Assembly: GCA_963809485.1 (NCBI GenBank)
Contig: CAWEJX010000012.1
Coordinates: forward strand, 160,001-224,000
DNA length: 64,000 nucleotides
Direction: 5' to 3'
From: an uncultured Acidobacteriota bacterium
Lineage (GTDB): Bacteria > Acidobacteriota > UBA6911
The position numbers and the translations under genes were made by a program. Shown here piece after piece: positions 61,560-64,000 of this stretch. Position 1 is the first letter of the stretch. Each line of letters opens with the position of its first letter. The notes beneath the pieces were generated by a model, which made no database searches, was not told where the DNA came from, and worked only from the letters and a program-made list of their open reading frames with translations.

Positions 61560-61674
61560 AGTTTTGATGGATGCGGATTCAAAGCTCATATTATTTTAAA
61601 GCGTAACCGATAGCTCAGGCGCGGCAAGCCTGAGCCAATCCTTCAATATCGGTATCGCGCAAAGGAGATTTTCC

Positions 61675-63351
61675 ATGCCCGACAAGAAGAGTTTATCGCG
61701 CCGCAAATTCATCCAATCCGCTGCAGCCGATGCGGCGGCAGTGGCTGGTGCGGGTGCCCTGGCCGCTCTGGGGACCTCGGCTGCAACAGCAAAAACGGAT
61801 TGCTCCTCCAATATTCCAGCCAAGTGGGACCATGCGGCGGACCTGGTGATCGTGGGGACCGGGATGGCCGGACTCTCGACAGCTGTCACAGCCGCAGATG
61901 CCGGTGCCAAGGTGCTGATCCTGGAAAAGCTGTCCCAGCAGTACGAAGGCGGAAACAGCAAGGTGTGCATGCAGTTCATTTGGGCGCCCAAGGACATAGC
62001 GAAAGGAATTGCCTATATCAGAGCCATGGACTGCGGAATGACGGGAGACGAGGAAATTTATAGGGTCATGTCCGAAGGATTGGCAGAAAACCTTAAGGTC
62101 CTTAAAGACCTGGGCGCAACTCTGGCACCCTTGCCGCTCGCCATGGCGAATGTCGCATTTCCGGAACTGCCGGGCAGCGACTGCTATCAGGCTTATGCCT
62201 GGTCGGTGAATGGAGCCGGCCAGGGGAAAACGGGCGATGGGCTACTGTGGCAATTCATGCGCGACCAGGTGCAAAAGCGCAGCATCCAGGTTTTGTACGA
62301 GACTCCCGCAAAAGAACTGATTCAGGACGCCGGAAACAACGAGATCCTCGGTGTGATAGCTGAAAGAAAAGGCGTTAAAGTCGCCATCAAGGCAAAAAAA
62401 GCGGTTGTGCTTGCCTGCGGCGGTCTTGAATTCGACTATGCCATGCAGAAGCAGTACTTTTGGGGTTCGCCGGTCATGGGCGTCGGAACGCCGGGGAATA
62501 CCGGAGATGGAATCCGAATGGCCCAGAAGGCGGGCGCGGATCTTTGGCACATGAACGAGATCAACGGCGGTCACCCGGGCTGCTTCGCAGTCCCGGGGAC
62601 AGACCCGAATGTTGTAGGACTGGCGCCCGCCGGCCCCAGAGGCAATAGTTCCATCCTGGTCAACAAACTAGGCAGGCGTTATATGAACGACAGAGGCGGC
62701 ACCCGTTCCCACAGCCTGGGAACCCGAAATCTGGACTTCAACGCCGCGGCCATGGATTGGTCCAGCATCCCCTGCTGGGCAATCTTCGATGAGGCGTCAC
62801 GAAAAGCGGGTTGCATGCTTTCGTCGCGCGCCATCGGCGGGGGAGGAAAATGGACCTGGTTCGTGTGGCACTCCGGAATAACCTGGAGCGCCGACAACAG
62901 CGAGGAGGTTGCCAAGGGCTGGATACTAAAAGCCGCCTCCCTTGCTGAACTGGCGGAAAAAATCAGAACGGACCCGGACAATCGCAAATTGATGGATGTC
63001 AAAAACCTGGAATCGACTGTAGCCCAATACAACCAATACTGCGCAGACAAAAAGGACCCAGAATTCGGCAGGTTTCCGGGCTCGCTGGCGCCGCTCAGCG
63101 GACCTCCCTTCTATGCAATGAAGCAGTGGCCCAACACCGCAAACACGATGGGCGGCCCCAGACGTAATAAACTGTGTCAGATTGTGGATCCGGACAAGAA
63201 GCCGATTGCAAGGTTGTATGGAACCGGCGAACTCGGCTCCTTCTGGGGATGGGGATACAACTCGGGCGGTAACATTGGCGAATGCCTGTTCTCCGGCCGC
63301 ATTGCCGCAAAACATGCGGTAGCGCTCAAACCGTGGGATGCCGGCGCATGA
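61675..63351 (+). CDS. Tat-exported FAD_binding_2 oxidoreductase
   Basis: SRRKFIQ, GTGMAG, LACGGLE, NTGDGI, NTMGG and YNSGGN. Confidence 0.9.
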   Translation: MPDKKSLSRRKFIQSAAADAAAVAGAGALAALGTSAATAKTDCSSNIPAKWDHAADLVIVGTGMAGLSTAVTAADAGAKVLILEKLSQQYEGGNSKVCMQFIWAPKDIAKGIAYIRAMDCGMTGDEEIYRVMSEGLAENLKVLKDLGATLAPLPLAMANVAFPELPGSDCYQAYAWSVNGAGQGKTGDGLLWQFMRDQVQKRSIQVLYETPAKELIQDAGNNEILGVIAERKGVKVAIKAKKAVVLACGGLEFDYAMQKQYFWGSPVMGVGTPGNTGDGIRMAQKAGADLWHMNEINGGHPGCFAVPGTDPNVVGLAPAGPRGNSSILVNKLGRRYMNDRGGTRSHSLGTRNLDFNAAAMDWSSIPCWAIFDEASRKAGCMLSSRAIGGGGKWTWFVWHSGITWSADNSEEVAKGWILKAASLAELAEKIRTDPDNRKLMDVKNLESTVAQYNQYCADKKDPEFGRFPGSLAPLSGPPFYAMKQWPNTANTMGGPRRNKLCQIVDPDKKPIARLYGTGELGSFWGWGYNSGGNIGECLFSGRIAAKHAVALKPWDAGA

Positions 63352-63629
63352 ACGTGGCCCCGGATCCACCTGAGATCTACAATGGCTGCAACACATGTGT
63401 CAATATTTGTCAGATAGACGTATACATACCAAATCCCGAAAAGGGCAAGCCCCCTATTACTCTGCATCCCGATGAATGCTGGTACTGCGGTTGTTGTGTG
63501 AATGAGTGTCCTCGTCGAACTCTGGGCGCCATTAAATTTAACTGGCCGCTTCAGCAGAGAGGATTCTATAAGCGCAAGGCGACCGGCAGAGATTTTCCGC
63601 GTCTGATCGAATGGCGAGCATACGAATGA
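63348..63629 (+). CDS. 4Fe-4S dicluster ferredoxin (AprB-like)
   Basis: (Y)NGCNTCVNIC and PDECWYCGCCVNECP; ATGA overlap with the upstream gene. Confidence 0.8.
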   Translation: MNVAPDPPEIYNGCNTCVNICQIDVYIPNPEKGKPPITLHPDECWYCGCCVNECPRRTLGAIKFNWPLQQRGFYKRKATGRDFPRLIEWRAYE

Positions 63630-63761
63630 GGCCGAGGGCGACTGCCGACTCTATAAATGAGCGCCGGGACGGGATTGCAGGACGCAGCAGACGCCGGAGC
63701 TATAAACCAAACACCTGGCGATCAAAATAACGGAATGGGATTCCGGAGGGAGGCTGAATCG

Positions 63762-64000
63762 ATGACTTCTTCATGGCATGAGTTGATGGAAAATGACGGC
63801 CGCGTACCGGAGTGGCCTTATCCAATACGGTATGAACAAGAGCAGGAAATTGAGACGGATGTTCTCGTGATCGGCGGCGGTATTGCCGGATGCTGGGCAG
63901 CTTTAAGCGCGGCCAGGACGAAGGGCGTTCGGGTTGCTCTTGTCGAAAAAGCAGCCACACTAAGAAGCGGGGCCGGAGGACCGGGAGGCGATCACTGGGA
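63762..64000 (+). CDS. FAD-dependent oxidoreductase, AprA/SdhA-like, N-terminus (runs off window)
   Basis: Manual translation: PEWPYPIRYEQEQEIETDVLVIGGGIAGCWAALSAA...VALVEKAATLRSGAGGPGGDHW; GGAGG RBS. Confidence 0.82.
   Translation, partial: MTSSWHELMENDGRVPEWPYPIRYEQEQEIETDVLVIGGGIAGCWAALSAARTKGVRVALVEKAATLRSGAGGPGGDHW

Noticed and set aside
1-64000. CRISPR array, cas genes, rRNA, tRNA (including tRNA-Sec) and selABD
   Set aside because: I saw no regularly spaced repeat-spacer array or recognisable RNA gene. Sec machinery would have to be elsewhere in the genome.

Overview
This is a 64-kb accessory catabolic/respiratory region from a GC-rich diderm bacterium. The Oar/carboxypeptidase-domain TonB receptors suggest Acidobacteriota, which is an inference. 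Exported proteins dominate: two paralogous TonB-dependent receptors, five Tat-exported FAD_binding_2 flavoproteins, a PaoABC-like molybdo-enzyme plus a second partial Mo subunit, several hydrolases, a CoA-transferase/2-hydroxyacyl-CoA dehydratase/CapA cluster and four GntR regulators. The main discovery is hidden from the ORF track. Between ~32.5 and 45.8 kb, four paralogous ~580-600 aa exported proteins are each split by an in-frame TGA in the context GH-(TGA)-STC. Each TGA is followed 11 nt later by the same GCCGGC-GGTC-GYCGGY hairpin, a bacterial SECIS. These are very probably UxxC (UGSC-like) selenoproteins. They are interleaved with four small secreted Cys-containing partner proteins, one Sec/Cys-less paralog and one remnant, all downstream of a TonB receptor, forming a candidate periplasmic selenoprotein redox system. 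Also visible are three families of conserved operator/promoter motifs, a five-copy IS200/IS605-like non-autonomous element with nested inverted repeats, and a MITE. Scattered single-base frameshifts look like assembly indels. All family assignments come from motif recognition; no database searches were run.
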